NCBI RefSeq assembly: GCF_009914755.1
Contig: NC_060933.1
From: the human T2T-CHM13v2.0 reference genome, Homo sapiens
Strand: one strand, 5' to 3'
DNA: 64,000 nt
The notes under the pieces are model-generated. The model worked only from the letters and a program-made list of their open reading frames with translations. It did not search any database and was not told the origin of the DNA. Of the stretch, positions 28,401 to 42,230 are shown piece after piece; position 1 is the stretch's first letter; the number at the start of each line of letters is the position of its first letter. Position numbers and translations under genes: made by a program.

Positions 28401-31400
28401 GAATGGATTCAACTTGAATGGAATGGAAAGAATGGAATCAACACGAGTGGAATGGCATGGATTGGAATGGAATGGAATGGAATCAACCCGAGTATAGGGG
28501 AATGGAATGGTATGGAATGCAATGGAGTGGAATCATCCGTAATGGAATGGAAAGGAATGGAATGGAATGGAATGGAATGGAATGGAATGGAATGGAATCC
28601 ACTCGATTGCAATCGAATGGAATGGAATGCAATTAACCCGAATAGAATGGAATGGAATGGAATGGAACGGAACGGAATGGAATGGAATGGGATGGAATGG
28701 AATGGAACGGAAAGGAAGGGAATGGAATGGAATAGAATGGAATGGAATGGAATCAACGCGAGTGCAGGGGAATGGAATGGAATGGAATGCAATGGGATGG
28801 AATCTTCCGGAATGGAATGGAATGGAATGGAATGGAATGGAATGGAATCCACCCGAGTGCAATGGAATGGAGTGGAATGGAATGGAATGGAATGGAACAA
28901 CCCGAATGGAATGGAATGTAATGGAGAGTAAGGGAGTTGAATAGAATCAATCCGAATGTAATGGAATGGAATGGAACGGAATGGAATTGAATGGAATGGA
29001 ATGGAATGCAATGGAATGGAATCAACCCGAGTGCAATGGAATGGAGAGGAATGGAATGGAATGGAATGGAAACTACCCGAATGGAATGGAATGTAATGGA
29101 GTGTAAGGGAATTGAATAGAATCAATCCGAATGTAATGGAATGGAATGGAACGGAATGGAATGGAATGGAATGGAATGGAATGCAATGGAATGGAATCAA
29201 CCCGAGTGCAATCGAATGGAATCCAATGGAATGGAATGCAATGGAATGGATTCAACTTGAATGGAATGGAAAGAATGGAATCAGCACGAGTGGAATGGCA
29301 TGGATTGGAATTGAATGGAATGGAATCAACCCGAGTACAGGGGAATGGAATGGAATGGAATGCAATGGAATGGAATCATCCGTAATGGAATGGAAAGGAA
29401 TGGAATGGAATGGAATGGAATGGAATGGAATGGAATCAACTCGATTGCAATCGAATGGAATGGAATGGAATTAACCCGAATAGAATGGAATGGAATGGAA
29501 TGGAACAGAACGGAATGGAATGGAATGGAATGGAATGGAATGGAATGGAACGGAACGGAATGGAATGGAATGGAATGGAATGGAATGGAATGGAATCAAC
29601 GCGAGTGCAGGGGAATGGAATGGAATGGAATGCAATGGAATGGAATCTTCCGGAATGGAATGGAACGGAATGGAATGGAATGAAATGCAATGGATTCAAC
29701 TCGATTGCAATGGAATGGAATAGAATGGAATGGAATGGAATGGAATGGAATTAATTCGAATAGAATGGAATGGAATGGAATGGAACGGAATGGAACGGAA
29801 TGGAATGGAATGGAATGGTATGGAATGGAATGGAATGGTACGGAATAGAATGGAATGGAACGAATTGTAATGGAATGGAATTGAATGGAATGGAATGGAG
29901 TGGAATCAACGCGAGTGCAGGGGAATGTAATGGAACGGAATGCAATGGAATGGAATCATCCGGAATGGAATGGAATGGAATGGAATGGAATGGAATCAAC
30001 CCGAGTGCAATGGAATGGAGTGGAATGGAATGGAATGGAATGGAACAACCCGAATGGAATGGAATGTAATGTAGAGAAAGGGAGTTGAATAGAATCAATC
30101 CGAATGTAATGGAATGGAATGCAACGGAATTGAATGGAATGGAATGGAATGGAATGCAATGGAATTGAATCAACCCGAGTACAATGGAATTGAATTGAAT
30201 GGAATGGAATGGAATGGAATGGAATGGAATGGAATGGAATGATACAGAATAGAATGGAATGGAATGAAATGGAATGGAATGGAATGGAATGGAGTGGAAT
30301 GGAATGGAATGGAATGGAATCGTTCCGAGTGGAATAGGAGGGAATGTATTCGAGTGGAATGGAAAGGAATGGAAAAAACCTGAGTGGAATGGAAGGGAAT
30401 GGAATGGAATGGAAACTAATAGAATGGAATCAACCCGAGAGGAATGGAATGGAAAGGACTGGAATGGAATGGAATGGAATGGAATCAACTCGATTGTAAT
30501 GGAATTGAATGGAATGGAATGGAATGGAATTAGCCCGAATACAATGCAATGGAATGGAATGGAACGGAATGGAGTGGAATGGAATGGAATCAACCCGAGT
30601 GCAGGGGAATGGAATGGAACGGAATGCAATGGAATGGAATCATCCGGAATGGAATGGAATGGAATGGAATGCAAAGCAATGGAATAAACTCGATTGCAAT
30701 GGAATGGAATGGAATGGAAAGGAATATATTGGAATCAACCCGAGTGGAATGGAATGGAAAGGACTGGAATGGAGTGGAATGGAATGGAATGGAATGGAAT
30801 GGAATCAACTCGATTGGAATGGAATGGAATGGAATGGAATGGAATGGAATCGTTCCGAGTGGAATAGGAGGGAATGTATTCGAGTGGAATGGAAAGGAAT
30901 GGTATCAACCAGAGTGGAATGGAAGGGAATGGAATGGAATGGAAACTAATAGAATGGAATCAACCTGAGTGGAATGGAATGGAAAGGACTGGAATGGAAT
31001 GGAATGGAATGGAATAAACTCGATTGTAATGGAATGGAATGGAATGCAATGGAATGGAATGGAATTAACACGAATACAATGGAATGGAATGGAATGGAAC
31101 GGAATGGAGTGGAATGGAATGGAATCAACCCGAGGGCAGGGGAATGGAATGGAGTGGAATGCAATGGAATGGAATCATCCGGAATGGAATGGAATGGAAT
31201 GGAATGCAAAGCAATGGAATCAACTCGATTGCAATGGAATGGAATGGAATGGAAAGGAATACATTGGAATCAACCCGAGTGGAATGGAATGGAAAGGACT
31301 GGAATGGAGTGGAATGGAATGGAATGGAATGGAATGGAATCAACTCTATTGGAATGGAATGGAATGGAATTAACCCGAATAGAATGGAATGGAATGGAAT

Positions 31401-34400
31401 GGAACGGAATGGAATGGAATGGAATGGAATGGAATGGAATGGAATCAACCTGACTGCAGGGGAATGGAATGGAATGGAATGCAATGGAATGGATTCAACT
31501 TGAATGTAATGGAAAGAATGGAATCAACACGAGTGGAATGGCATGGATTGGAATGGAATGGAATGGAATCAACCCGAGTACAGGGGAATGGAATGGAATG
31601 GGATGCAATGGAATGGAATCATCCGTAATGGAATGGAAAGGAAAGGAATGGAATGGAATGGAATGGAATGGAATGGAATGGAATGGAATCAACTCGATTG
31701 CAATCGAATGGAATGGAATGGAATTAACCCGAATAGAATGGAATGGAATGGAATGGAACGGAACGGAACGGAATGGAATGGAATGGAATGGAATGGAACG
31801 GAAAGGAATGGAATGGAATGGAATGGAATGGAATGGAATGGAATGGAATGGAATGGAATGGAATGGAATCAACGCGAGTGCAGGGGAATGGAATGGAATG
31901 GAATGCAATGGAATGGCATCTTCCGGAATGGAATGGAATTGAATGGAATGGAATGGAATAAACCCTAGTGCAATGGAATGGAGTGGAATGGAATGGAATG
32001 GAATGGAATAATCCGAATGGAATGGAATGTAATGGAGACTAAGGGAGTTGAATAGAATCAATCCGAATGTTATGGAATGGAATGGAACGGAATGGAATGG
32101 AATGGAATGGAATGGAATGGAATGCAATGGAATGGAATCAACCCGAGTGCAATCGAATGGACTCGAATGGAATGGATTGCAATGGAATGGAATCAACCCG
32201 AGTGCAATCGAATGGACTCGAATGGAATGGAATGCAATGGAATGGATTCAACTTGAATGGAATGGAAAGAATGGAATCAACACGAGTGGAAGGGCATGGA
32301 TTGGAATGCAATAGAATGGAATCAACCCGAGTACAGGGGAACGGAATGGAATGGAATGCAATGGAATGGAATCATCCGTAATGGAATGGAAAGGAATGGA
32401 ATGGAATGGAATGGAATGGAATGGAATGGAATGGAATGGAATCAACACGATTGCAATCGAATGGAATGGAATGGAATTAACCCGAATAGAATGGAATGGA
32501 ATGGAATGGAACAGAACGGAACGGAATGGAATGGAATAGACTGGAATGGAACGGAACGGAACGGAACGGAATGGAATGGAATGGAATGGAATGGAATGGA
32601 ATGGAATGGAATGGAATCAACGCGACTGCAGGGGAATGGAATGGAATGGAATGCAATGGAATGGAATCTTCCGGAATGGAATGGAATGGAATGGAATGGA
32701 ATGGAATGAAATGCAATGGATTCAACTCGATTGCAATGGAATGGAATAGAATGGAATGGAATGGAATGGAATTGAATTAACCCGAATAGAATGGAATGGA
32801 ATGGAATGGAACGGAATGGAACGGAATGGAATGGAATGGAATGGAATGGTATGGAATGGAATGGAATGGTATGGAATAGAATGGAGTGGAACGAATTGTA
32901 ATGGAATGGAATTGAATGGAATGGAATGGAATCAACGCGAGTGCAGGGGAATGTAATGGAACGGAATGCAATAGAATGGAATCATCCGGAATGGAATGGA
33001 ATGGAAAGGAATGGAATCAACCCGAGTGCAATGGAATAGAGTGGAATGGAATGGAATGGAATGGAACAACCCGAATGGAATGGAATGTAATGGAGAGTAA
33101 GGGAGTTGAATAGAATCAATACGAATGTAATGGAATGGAATGCAACGGAATGGAATGGAATGGAATGGAATGGAATGGAATGGAATGGAATGGAATGCAA
33201 AGGAATGGAATCAACCCGAGTGGAATGGCATGGAATGGAATGCAATGCAATGGAATGGAATGGAATCAACTCGAGTGGAAAGGAATGGAATGGAATGGAA
33301 AGGAATGGAATGAAATCAACTCGAGTGGAATGGAATGGAATGGAATAGATTGGAATGGATTGCAACGGAATGAAATGGAATGGAATGGAATGGAATCAAT
33401 CATTCCGAGTGGAATGGAAGGGAATGTAATGGAGTGGAAAGAAGGGAATGGAATCAACCCGATAGGAATGCAAGGCAATGGAATGGAATGGAAAGGAATG
33501 GAATGGAATCAACTCGATTGCAATGGAATGGAATGGAATGGAATGGAATTAACCGGAATAGAATGGAATGCAATGGAATGGAACGGAATGGAATGGAATG
33601 GAAGGTAATGGAATCAACACGAGTGCAGGGGAATGGAATGGAATGGAATGCAATGGAATGGAATCATCCGGAATGGAATGGAATGGAATGGAATCAACTC
33701 CATTGCAATGGAATGGAATGGAATGGAATGGAATGGAATCAACTCGATTGGAATGGAATGGAATGGAATGGAATGGAATTAACCCGAATAAAATGGAATG
33801 GAATGGAATGGAACGGAATGGAATTGAATGGAATGGAATGGAATGGAATCAACCCGACTGCAGGGGAATGGAATGGAATGGAATGCAATGGAATGGATTC
33901 AACTTGAATGGAATGGAAAGAATGGAATCAACACGAGTGGAATGGCATGGATTGGAATGGAATGGAATGGAATCAACCCGAGTACAGGGGAATGGAATGG
34001 AATGGAATGCAATGGAATGGAATCATCCGTAATGGAATGGAAAGGAATGGAATGGAATGGAATGGAATGGAATGGAATGGAATGGAATGGAATGGAATCA
34101 ACTCGATTGCAATCGAATGGAATGGAATGGAATTAACCCGAATAGAATGGAATGGAATGGAATGGAACGGAACGGAATGGAATGGAATGGAATGGAACGG
34201 AAAGGAAGGGAATGGAATGGAATAGAATGGAATGGAATGGAATCAACGCGAGTGCAGGGGAATGGAATGGAATGGAATGCAATGGAATGGAATCTTCCGG
34301 AATGGAAAGGAATGGAATGGAATGGAATGGAATGGAATGGAATCAACCCGAGTGCAATGGAATGGAGTGGAGTGGAATGGAATGGAATGGAACAACCCGA

Positions 34401-36543
34401 ATGGAATGGAATGTAATGGAGTGTAAGGGAATTGAATAGAATCAATCCGAATGGAATGGAATGGAATGGAACGGAATGGAATGGAATGGAATGGAATGGA
34501 ATGGAATGGAATGCAATGGAATGGAATCAACCCGAGTGCAATCGAATGGAATCGAATGGAATGGAATGCAATGGAATGGATTCAAATTGAATGGAATGGA
34601 AAGAATGGAATCAACACGAGTGGAATGGCATGGCTTGGAATGGAATGAAATGGAATCAACCCGAGTACAGGGGAATTTAATGGAATGGAATGCAATGGAA
34701 TGGAATCATCCGTAATGGAATGGAAAGGAATGGAATGGAATGGAATGGAATGGAATGGAATGGAATGGAATCAACTCGATTGCAATCGAATGGAATGGAA
34801 TGGAATTAACCCGAATAGAATGGAATGGAATGGAATGGAACGGAACGGAATGGAATGGAATGGAATGGAATGGAATGGAATGGAATGGAACGGAACGGAA
34901 TGGAATGGAATGGAATGGAATGGAATCAACGCGAGTGCAGGGGAATGGAATGGAATGGAATGCAATGGAATGGAATCTTCCGGAATGGAATGGAATGGAA
35001 TGGAATGGAATGGAATGAAATGCCATGGATTCAACTCGATTGCAATGGAATGGAATAGAATGGAATTGAATGGAATTAATTCGAATAGAATGGAATGGAA
35101 TGCAATGGAACGGAATGGAACGGAATGGAATGGAATGGAATGGAATGGAATGGTATGGAATGGAATGGAATGGTACGGAATATAATGGAATGTAACTAAT
35201 TGTAATTTAATGGAATTGAATGGAATGGAATGGAATCAACGCGAGTGCAGGGGAATGTAATGGAACGGAATGCAATGGAATGGAATCATCCGGAATGGAA
35301 TGGAATGGAATGGAATGGAATGGAAGGGAATGGAATCAACCCGAGTGCAATGGAATGGAGTGGAATGTTATGGAATGGAATGGAACAACCCGAATGGAAT
35401 GGAATGTAATGGAATGTAATTGAGTTGAATAGAATCAATCCGAATGTAATGGAATGGAATGCAACGGAATGGAATGGAATGGAATGCAATGGAATGCAAT
35501 CAACCAGAGTACAATGGAATGGAATGGAATGGAATGGAATGGAATGGAATGCCTTCAAACCGAATGGAATGGAAAGGAATGGAATCAACACGAGTGGAAT
35601 GGAATGGAATGGAATTGAATGGAAGGGAATGATACGGAATAGAATGGAATGGAACGAAATGGAATGGAATGGAATGGAATGGAATGGAATGGAATGGAAT
35701 GGAATCGTTCCGAGTGGAATAGGAGGGAATGTATTCGAGTGGAATGGAAAGGAATGGGATCAACCAGAGTGGAATGGAAGGGAATGGAATGGAATGGAAA
35801 CTAATAGAATGGAATCAACCCGAGTGGAATGGAATGGAAAGGACTGGAATGGAATGGAACGGAATGGAATCAACTCGATTGTAATGGAATGGAATGGAAT
35901 GGAATGGAATGGAATGGAATTAACCCGAATACAATGGAATGGAATGGAATGGAACGGAATGGAGTGGAATGGAATGGAATCAACCCGAGTGCAGGGGAAT
36001 GGAATGGAATGGAATGCAATGGAATGGAATCATCCGGAATGGAATGGAATGGAATGGAATGCAAAGCAATGGAATCAACTCGATTGCAATGGAATGGAAT
36101 GGAATGGAAAGGAATACATTGGAATCAACCCGAGTGGAATGGAATGGAAAGGACAGGAATGGAGTGGAATGGAATGGAATGGAATGGAATGGAATGGAAT
36201 CAACTCGATTGGAATGGAATGGAATGGAATGGAATGAAATGGAATTAACCCGAATAGAATGGAATGGAATGGAATGGAACGGAACGGAACGGAACGGAAC
36301 GGAATGGAATGGAATGGAATGGAATGGAATGGAATGGAATGGAATCAACCCGACTGCAGGGGAATGGAATGGAATGGAATGCAATGGAATGGATTCAACT
36401 TGAATGGAATGGAAAGAATGGAATCAACACGAGTGGAATGGCATGGATTGGAATGGAATGGAATGGAATCAACCCGAGTACAGGGGAATGGAATGGAATG
36501 GAATGCAATGGAATGGAAACATCCGGAATGGAATGGAATGGAA

Positions 36544-38930
36544 TGGAATGGAATGGAATGGAATGGAATGGAATGGAATGGAATCAACTCGATTGCAATC
36601 GAATGGAATGGAATGGATTTAACCCGAATAGAATTGAATGGAATGGAATGGAACGGAACGGAACAGAATGGAATGGAATGGAATGGAATGGAATGGAATG
36701 GAATGGAATGGAACGGAAAGGAATGGAATGGAATGGAATGGAATGTAATGGAATGGAATGGAATCAACGCGAGTGCAGGGGAATGGAATGGAATGGAATG
36801 CAATGGAATGGAATCTTCCGGAATGGAATGGAATGGAATGGAATGGAATGGAATGGAATGGAATAAACCCGAGTGCAATGGAATGGAGTGGAATGGAATG
36901 GAATGGAATGGAACAGCCCGAATGGAAAGGAATGTAATGGAGAGTAAGGGAGTTGAATAGAATCAATCCGAATGTAATGGAATGGAATGGAACGGAATGG
37001 AATTGAATGGAATGGAATGGAATGCAATGGAATGGAATCAACCCGAGTGCAATGGAATGGAGAGGAATGGAATGGAATGGAATGGAAACTACCCGAATGG
37101 AATGGAATGTAATGGAGTGTAAGGGAATTGAATAGAATCAATCCGAATGTAATGGAATGGAATGGAATGCAATGGAATGGAATGCAATGGAATGGAATCA
37201 ACCCGAGTGCAATCGAATGGAATCGAATGGAATGGAATGCAATGGAATGGATTCAACTTGAATGGAATGGAAAGAATGGAATCAACACGAGTGGAAGGGC
37301 ATGGATTACAATGCAATGGAATGGAATCAACCCGAGTACAGGGGAATGGAATGGAATGGAATGCAATGGAATGGAATCAACACGATTGCAATCGAATGGA
37401 ATGGAATGGAATTAACCCGAATAGAATGGAATGGAATGGAATGGAACGGAACGGAATGGAATGCAATGGAATCAACCCGAGTGCAGGGGAATGGAATGGA
37501 ATGGAATGCAATGGAATGGAATCATCCGGAATGGAATGGAATGGAATGGAATGCAAAGCAATGGAATCAACTCGATTGCAATGGAATGGAATGGAATGGA
37601 AAGGAATACATTGGAATCAACCCGAGTGGAATGGAATGGAAAGGACTGGAACGGAGTGGAATGTAATGGAATGGAATGGAATGGAATCAACTCGATTGGA
37701 ATGGAATGGAATGGAATGGAATGGAATTAACCCGAATAGAATTGAATGGAATGGAATGGAACGGAACGGAACGGAATGGAATGGAATGGAATGGAATGGA
37801 ATGGAATGGAATGGAATCAACCCGACTGCAGGGGAATGGAATGGAATGGAATGCAATGGAATGGATTCAACTTGAATGGAATGGAAAGAATGGAATCAAC
37901 ACGAGTGGAATGGCATGGATTGGAATGGAATGGAATGCAATCAACCCGAGTACAGGGGAATGGAATGGAATGGAATGCAATGGAATGGAATCATCCGTAA
38001 TGGAATGGAAAGGAATGGAATGGAATGGAATGGAATGGAATGGAATGGAATCAACTCGATTGCAGTCGAATGGAATGGAATGGAATTAACCCGAATAGAA
38101 TGGAATGGAATGGAATGGAACGGAACGGAACGGAACGGAACGGAACGGAATGGAATGGAATGGAATGGAACGGAAAGGAATGGAATGGAATGGAATGGAA
38201 TGGAATGGAATGGAATGGAATCAACGCGAGTGCAGGGGAATGGAATGGAATGGAATGCAATGGAATGGAATCTTCCGGAATGGAATGGAATGGAATGGAA
38301 TGGAATGGAATGGAATGGAATGGAATAAACCCGAGTGCAATGGAATGGAGTGGAATGGAATGGAATGGAATGGAACAACCCGAATGGAATGGAATGTAAT
38401 GGAGACTAAGGGAGTTGAATAGAATCAATCCGAATGTAATGGAATGGAATGGAAAGGAATCGAGTTGAATGGAATGGAATGGAATGGAATGCAATGGAAT
38501 GGAATCAACCCGAGTGCAATGGAATGGAGAGGAATGGAATGGAATGGAATGGAAACTACCCGAATGGAATGGAATGTAATGGAGTGTAAGGGAATTGAAT
38601 AGAATCAATCCGAATGTAATGGAATGGAATGGAACGGAATGGAATGGAATGGAATGGAATGGAATGGAATGGAATGGAATGCAATGGAATGGAATCAACC
38701 CGAGTGCAATCGAATGGAATCGAATGGAATGGAATGCAATGGAATGGATTCAACTTGAATGGAATGGAAAGAATGGAATCAACACGAGTGGAAGGGCATG
38801 GATTGGAATGCAATGGAATGGAATCAACCTGAGTACAGGGGAATGGAATGGAATGGAATGCAATGGAATGGAATCATCCGTAATGGAATGGAAAGGAATG
38901 GAATGGAATGGAATGGAATGGAATGGAATG
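36544..38930 (+). repeat. Near-identical paralog of positions 1 to about 2410 (offset about 36.54 kb)
   Basis: Private variants TGGATTTAACCCG (71/36614), GGATTACAATGC (about 760/37303) and CAGCCCGAATGGAAAGG; ORF pair 76..498 and 36619..37041 is offset by 36543. Confidence 0.9.
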
Positions 38931-39479
38931 GAATGGAATCAACTCGATTGCAATCGAATGGAATGGAATGGAATTAACCCAAATAGAATGGAATGGAATG
39001 GAATGGAATGGAACGGAATGGAATGGAATGCAATGGAATGGAATGGAATGGAACGGAACGGAACGGAATGGAATGGAATGGAATGGAATGGAATGGAATG
39101 GAATCAACGCGAGTGCAGGGGAATGGAATGGAATGGAATGCAATGGAATGGAATCTTCCGGAACGGAATGGAATGGAATGGAATGGAATGGAATGGAATG
39201 GAATCAACCCGAGTGCAATGGAATGGAGTGGAATGGAATGGAATGGAATGGAACAACCCGAATGGAATGGAATGTAATGGAGAGTAATGGAGTTGAATAG
39301 AATCAATCCGAATGTAATGGAATGGAATGGAACGGAATGGAATTGAATGGAATGGAATGGAATGCAATGGAATGGAATCAACCCGAGTTCAATGGAATGG
39401 AGAGGAATGGAATGGAATGGAATGGAAATTACCCGAATGGAATGTAATGTAATGGAGTGTAAGGGAATTGAATAGAATC

Positions 39480-41880
39480 AATCCGAATGTAATGGAATGG
39501 AATGGAACAGAATGGAATGGAATGGAATGGAATGGAATGGAATGGAATGCAATGGAATGGAATCACCCCGAGTGCAATCGAATGGAATCGAATGGAATGG
39601 AATGCAATGGAATGGATTCAACTTGAATGGAATGGAAAGAATGGAATCAACACGAGTGGAATGGCATGGATTGGAATGGAATGGAATGGAATCAACCCGA
39701 GTACAGGGGAATGGAATGGAATGGAATGCAATGGAATGGAATCATCCGTAATGGAATGGAAAGGAATGGAATGGAATGGAATGGAATGGAATGGAATGGA
39801 ATGGAATCAACCCGAGTGCAGGGGAATGGAATGGAATGCAATGGAATGGAATGGAATGGAATGGAGTGGAATGGAATGGAATCAACCCGAGTGCAGGGGA
39901 ATGGAATGGAATGGAATGCAATGGAATGGAATCATCCGGAATGGAATGGAATGGAATGGAATGCAAAGCAATGGAATCAACTCGATTGCAATGGAATGGA
40001 ATGGAATGGAAAGGAATACATTGGAATCAACCCGAGTTGAATGGAATGGAAAGGACTGGAATGGAGTGGAATGGAATGGAATGCAATGGAATGGAATGGA
40101 ATGGAATCAACTTGATTGGAATGGAATGGAATGGAATCAACCCGACTGCAGGGGAATGGAATGGAATGGAATGCAATGGAATGGATTCAACTTGAATGGA
40201 ATGGAAAGAATGGAATCAACACGAGTGGAATGGCATGGATTGGAATGGAATGGAATGGAATCAACCCGAGTACAGGGGAATGGAATGGAATGGAATGCAA
40301 TGGAATGGAATCATCCGTAATGGAATGGAAAGGAATGGAATGGAATGGAATGGAATGGAATGGAATCAACTCGATTGCAATCGAATGGAATGGAATGGAA
40401 TTAACCCGAATAGAATGGAATGGAATGGAATGGAACGGAACGGAATGGAATGGAATGGAATGGAATGGAATGGAATGGAACGGAACGGAATGGAATGGAA
40501 TGGAATGGAATGGAATGGAATCAACGCGAGTGCAGGGGAATGGAATGGAATGGAATGAAATGGAATGGAATCTTCCGGAATGGAATGGAATTGAATGGAA
40601 TGGAATGCAATGGTATAGAATAAACCCGAGTGCAATGGAATGGAGTGGAATGGAATGGAATGGAATGGAACAACCCGAATGGAATGGAATGTAATGGAGA
40701 CTAAGGGAGTTGAATAGAATCAATCCAAATGTAATGGAATGGAATGGAACGGAATGGAATTGAATGGAATGGAATGGAATGCAATGGAATGGAAACTTCC
40801 GGAATGGAATGGAATGGAATGGAATGGAATGAAATGCAATGGATTCAACTCGATTGCAATGGAATGGAATAGAACGGAATGGAATGGAATGGAATGGAAC
40901 TAATCCGAATAGAATGGAATGGAATTGAATGGGATTAACCTGAATAGAATGGAATGGAATGGAATGGAACGGAATGGAACGGAATGGAATGGAATGCAAT
41001 GGAATGGAATGGAACGGAATGGAATGGTATGGAATGGAATGGAATGGTACGGAATAGAATGGAATGGAACGAATTGTAATGGAATGGAATTGAATGGAAC
41101 GGAATGGAATGGAATGGAATCAACGTGAGCGCAGGGGAATGTAATGGAACGGAATGCAATGGAATGGAATCATCCGGAATGGAATGGAATGGAATGGAAT
41201 GGAATGGAATGGAATGGAACAACCCGAATGGAATGGAATATAATGGAGAGTAAGGGAGTTGAATAGAATCAATCGGAATGTAATGGAATGGAATGCAACG
41301 GAATGGAATGGAATGGAATGGAATGGAATGGAATGGAATGCAAAGGAATGGAATCAACCCGAGTGGAATGGCATGGAATGGAATGCAATGGAATGGAATG
41401 GAATGGTATCAACTCGAGTAGAAAGGAATGGAATGGAATGGAAAGGAATGGAATGAAATCAACTCGAGTGGAATGGAATGGAATGGATTGGAATGGATTG
41501 CAATGGAATGAAATGGAATGGAATGGAATGGAATCAATCATTCCGAGTGGAATGGAAGGGAATGTAAAGGAGTGGAAAGAAGGGAATGGAATCAACCCGA
41601 TTGGAATGCAAGGCAATGGAATGGAATGGAAAGGAATGGAATGGAATCAACTCGATTGCAATGGAATGGAATGGAATGGAATGGAATGGAATGGAATGGA
41701 ATGGAATGGAATTAACCGGAATAGAATGGAATGCAATGGAATGGAACGGAATGGAATGGAATAGAAGGTAATGGAATCAACACGAGTGCAGGGGAATGGA
41801 ATGGAATGGAATGCAATGGAATGAAATCATCCGGAATGGAATGGAATGGAATGGAATCAACTCCATTGCAATGGAATGGA
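39480..41880 (+). repeat. Near-identical paralog of about 9240-11630 (offset about 30.26 kb)
   Basis: Private variants CACCCCGAGTGC (9295/39564), GGTATAGAATAAACC, CAACGTGAGCGCAGG (10868/41121), CAATCGGAATG and ATGAAATCATCCGG occur in the same order in both. Confidence 0.9.
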
Positions 41881-42202
41881 GTGGAATGGAATGGAATGGA
41901 ATGGAACAACCTGAATGGAATCGAATGTAATGGAGAGTAAGGGAGTTGAATAGAATCAATCCGAATGTAATGGAATGGAATGGAACGGAATGGAATTGAA
42001 TGGAATGGAATGGAATGCAATGGAATGGAATCAACCCGAGTGCAATGGAATGGAGAGGAAGGGAATGGAATGGAGTGGAAACTACCCGAATGGAATGGAA
42101 TGTAATGGAGTGTAAGGGAATTGAATAGAATCAATCCGAATGTAATGGAATGGAATGGAACGGAATGGAATGGAATGGAATGGAATGGAATGGAAAGAAG
42201 GG

Positions 42203-42230
42203 AATGGAATCAACCCGAGTTGATTCCATT
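42203..42230. other. Intra-array inversion breakpoint; 12-bp inverted arms around a 4-nt centre
   Basis: AATGGAATCAAC-CCGA-GTTGATTCCATT; arms 42203-42214 and 42219-42230 are exact reverse complements, and strand polarity flips here. Confidence 0.95.

Larger units (their letters stand above)
1..42215 (+). repeat. Human Satellite 3 (HSat3/SatIII) array, GGAAT (G-rich) strand on +; probably chr9q12-type HSat3B5
   Basis: Continuous (GGAAT)n interrupted by the Sat3-diagnostic decamer CAACCCGAGT and its relatives; no unique sequence or transposon. The family call is certain. The subfamily and chromosome call is an inference from the pHuR98-like module. Confidence 0.97.
1..42215 (+). ncRNA. Potential template for stress-induced G-rich SatIII lncRNA
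   Basis: Established: 9q12 SatIII is transcribed by Pol II under HSF1, mostly as the G-rich strand, and nucleates nuclear stress bodies. Whether this window is transcribed, and where transcripts end, cannot be seen from sequence. Confidence 0.35.
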
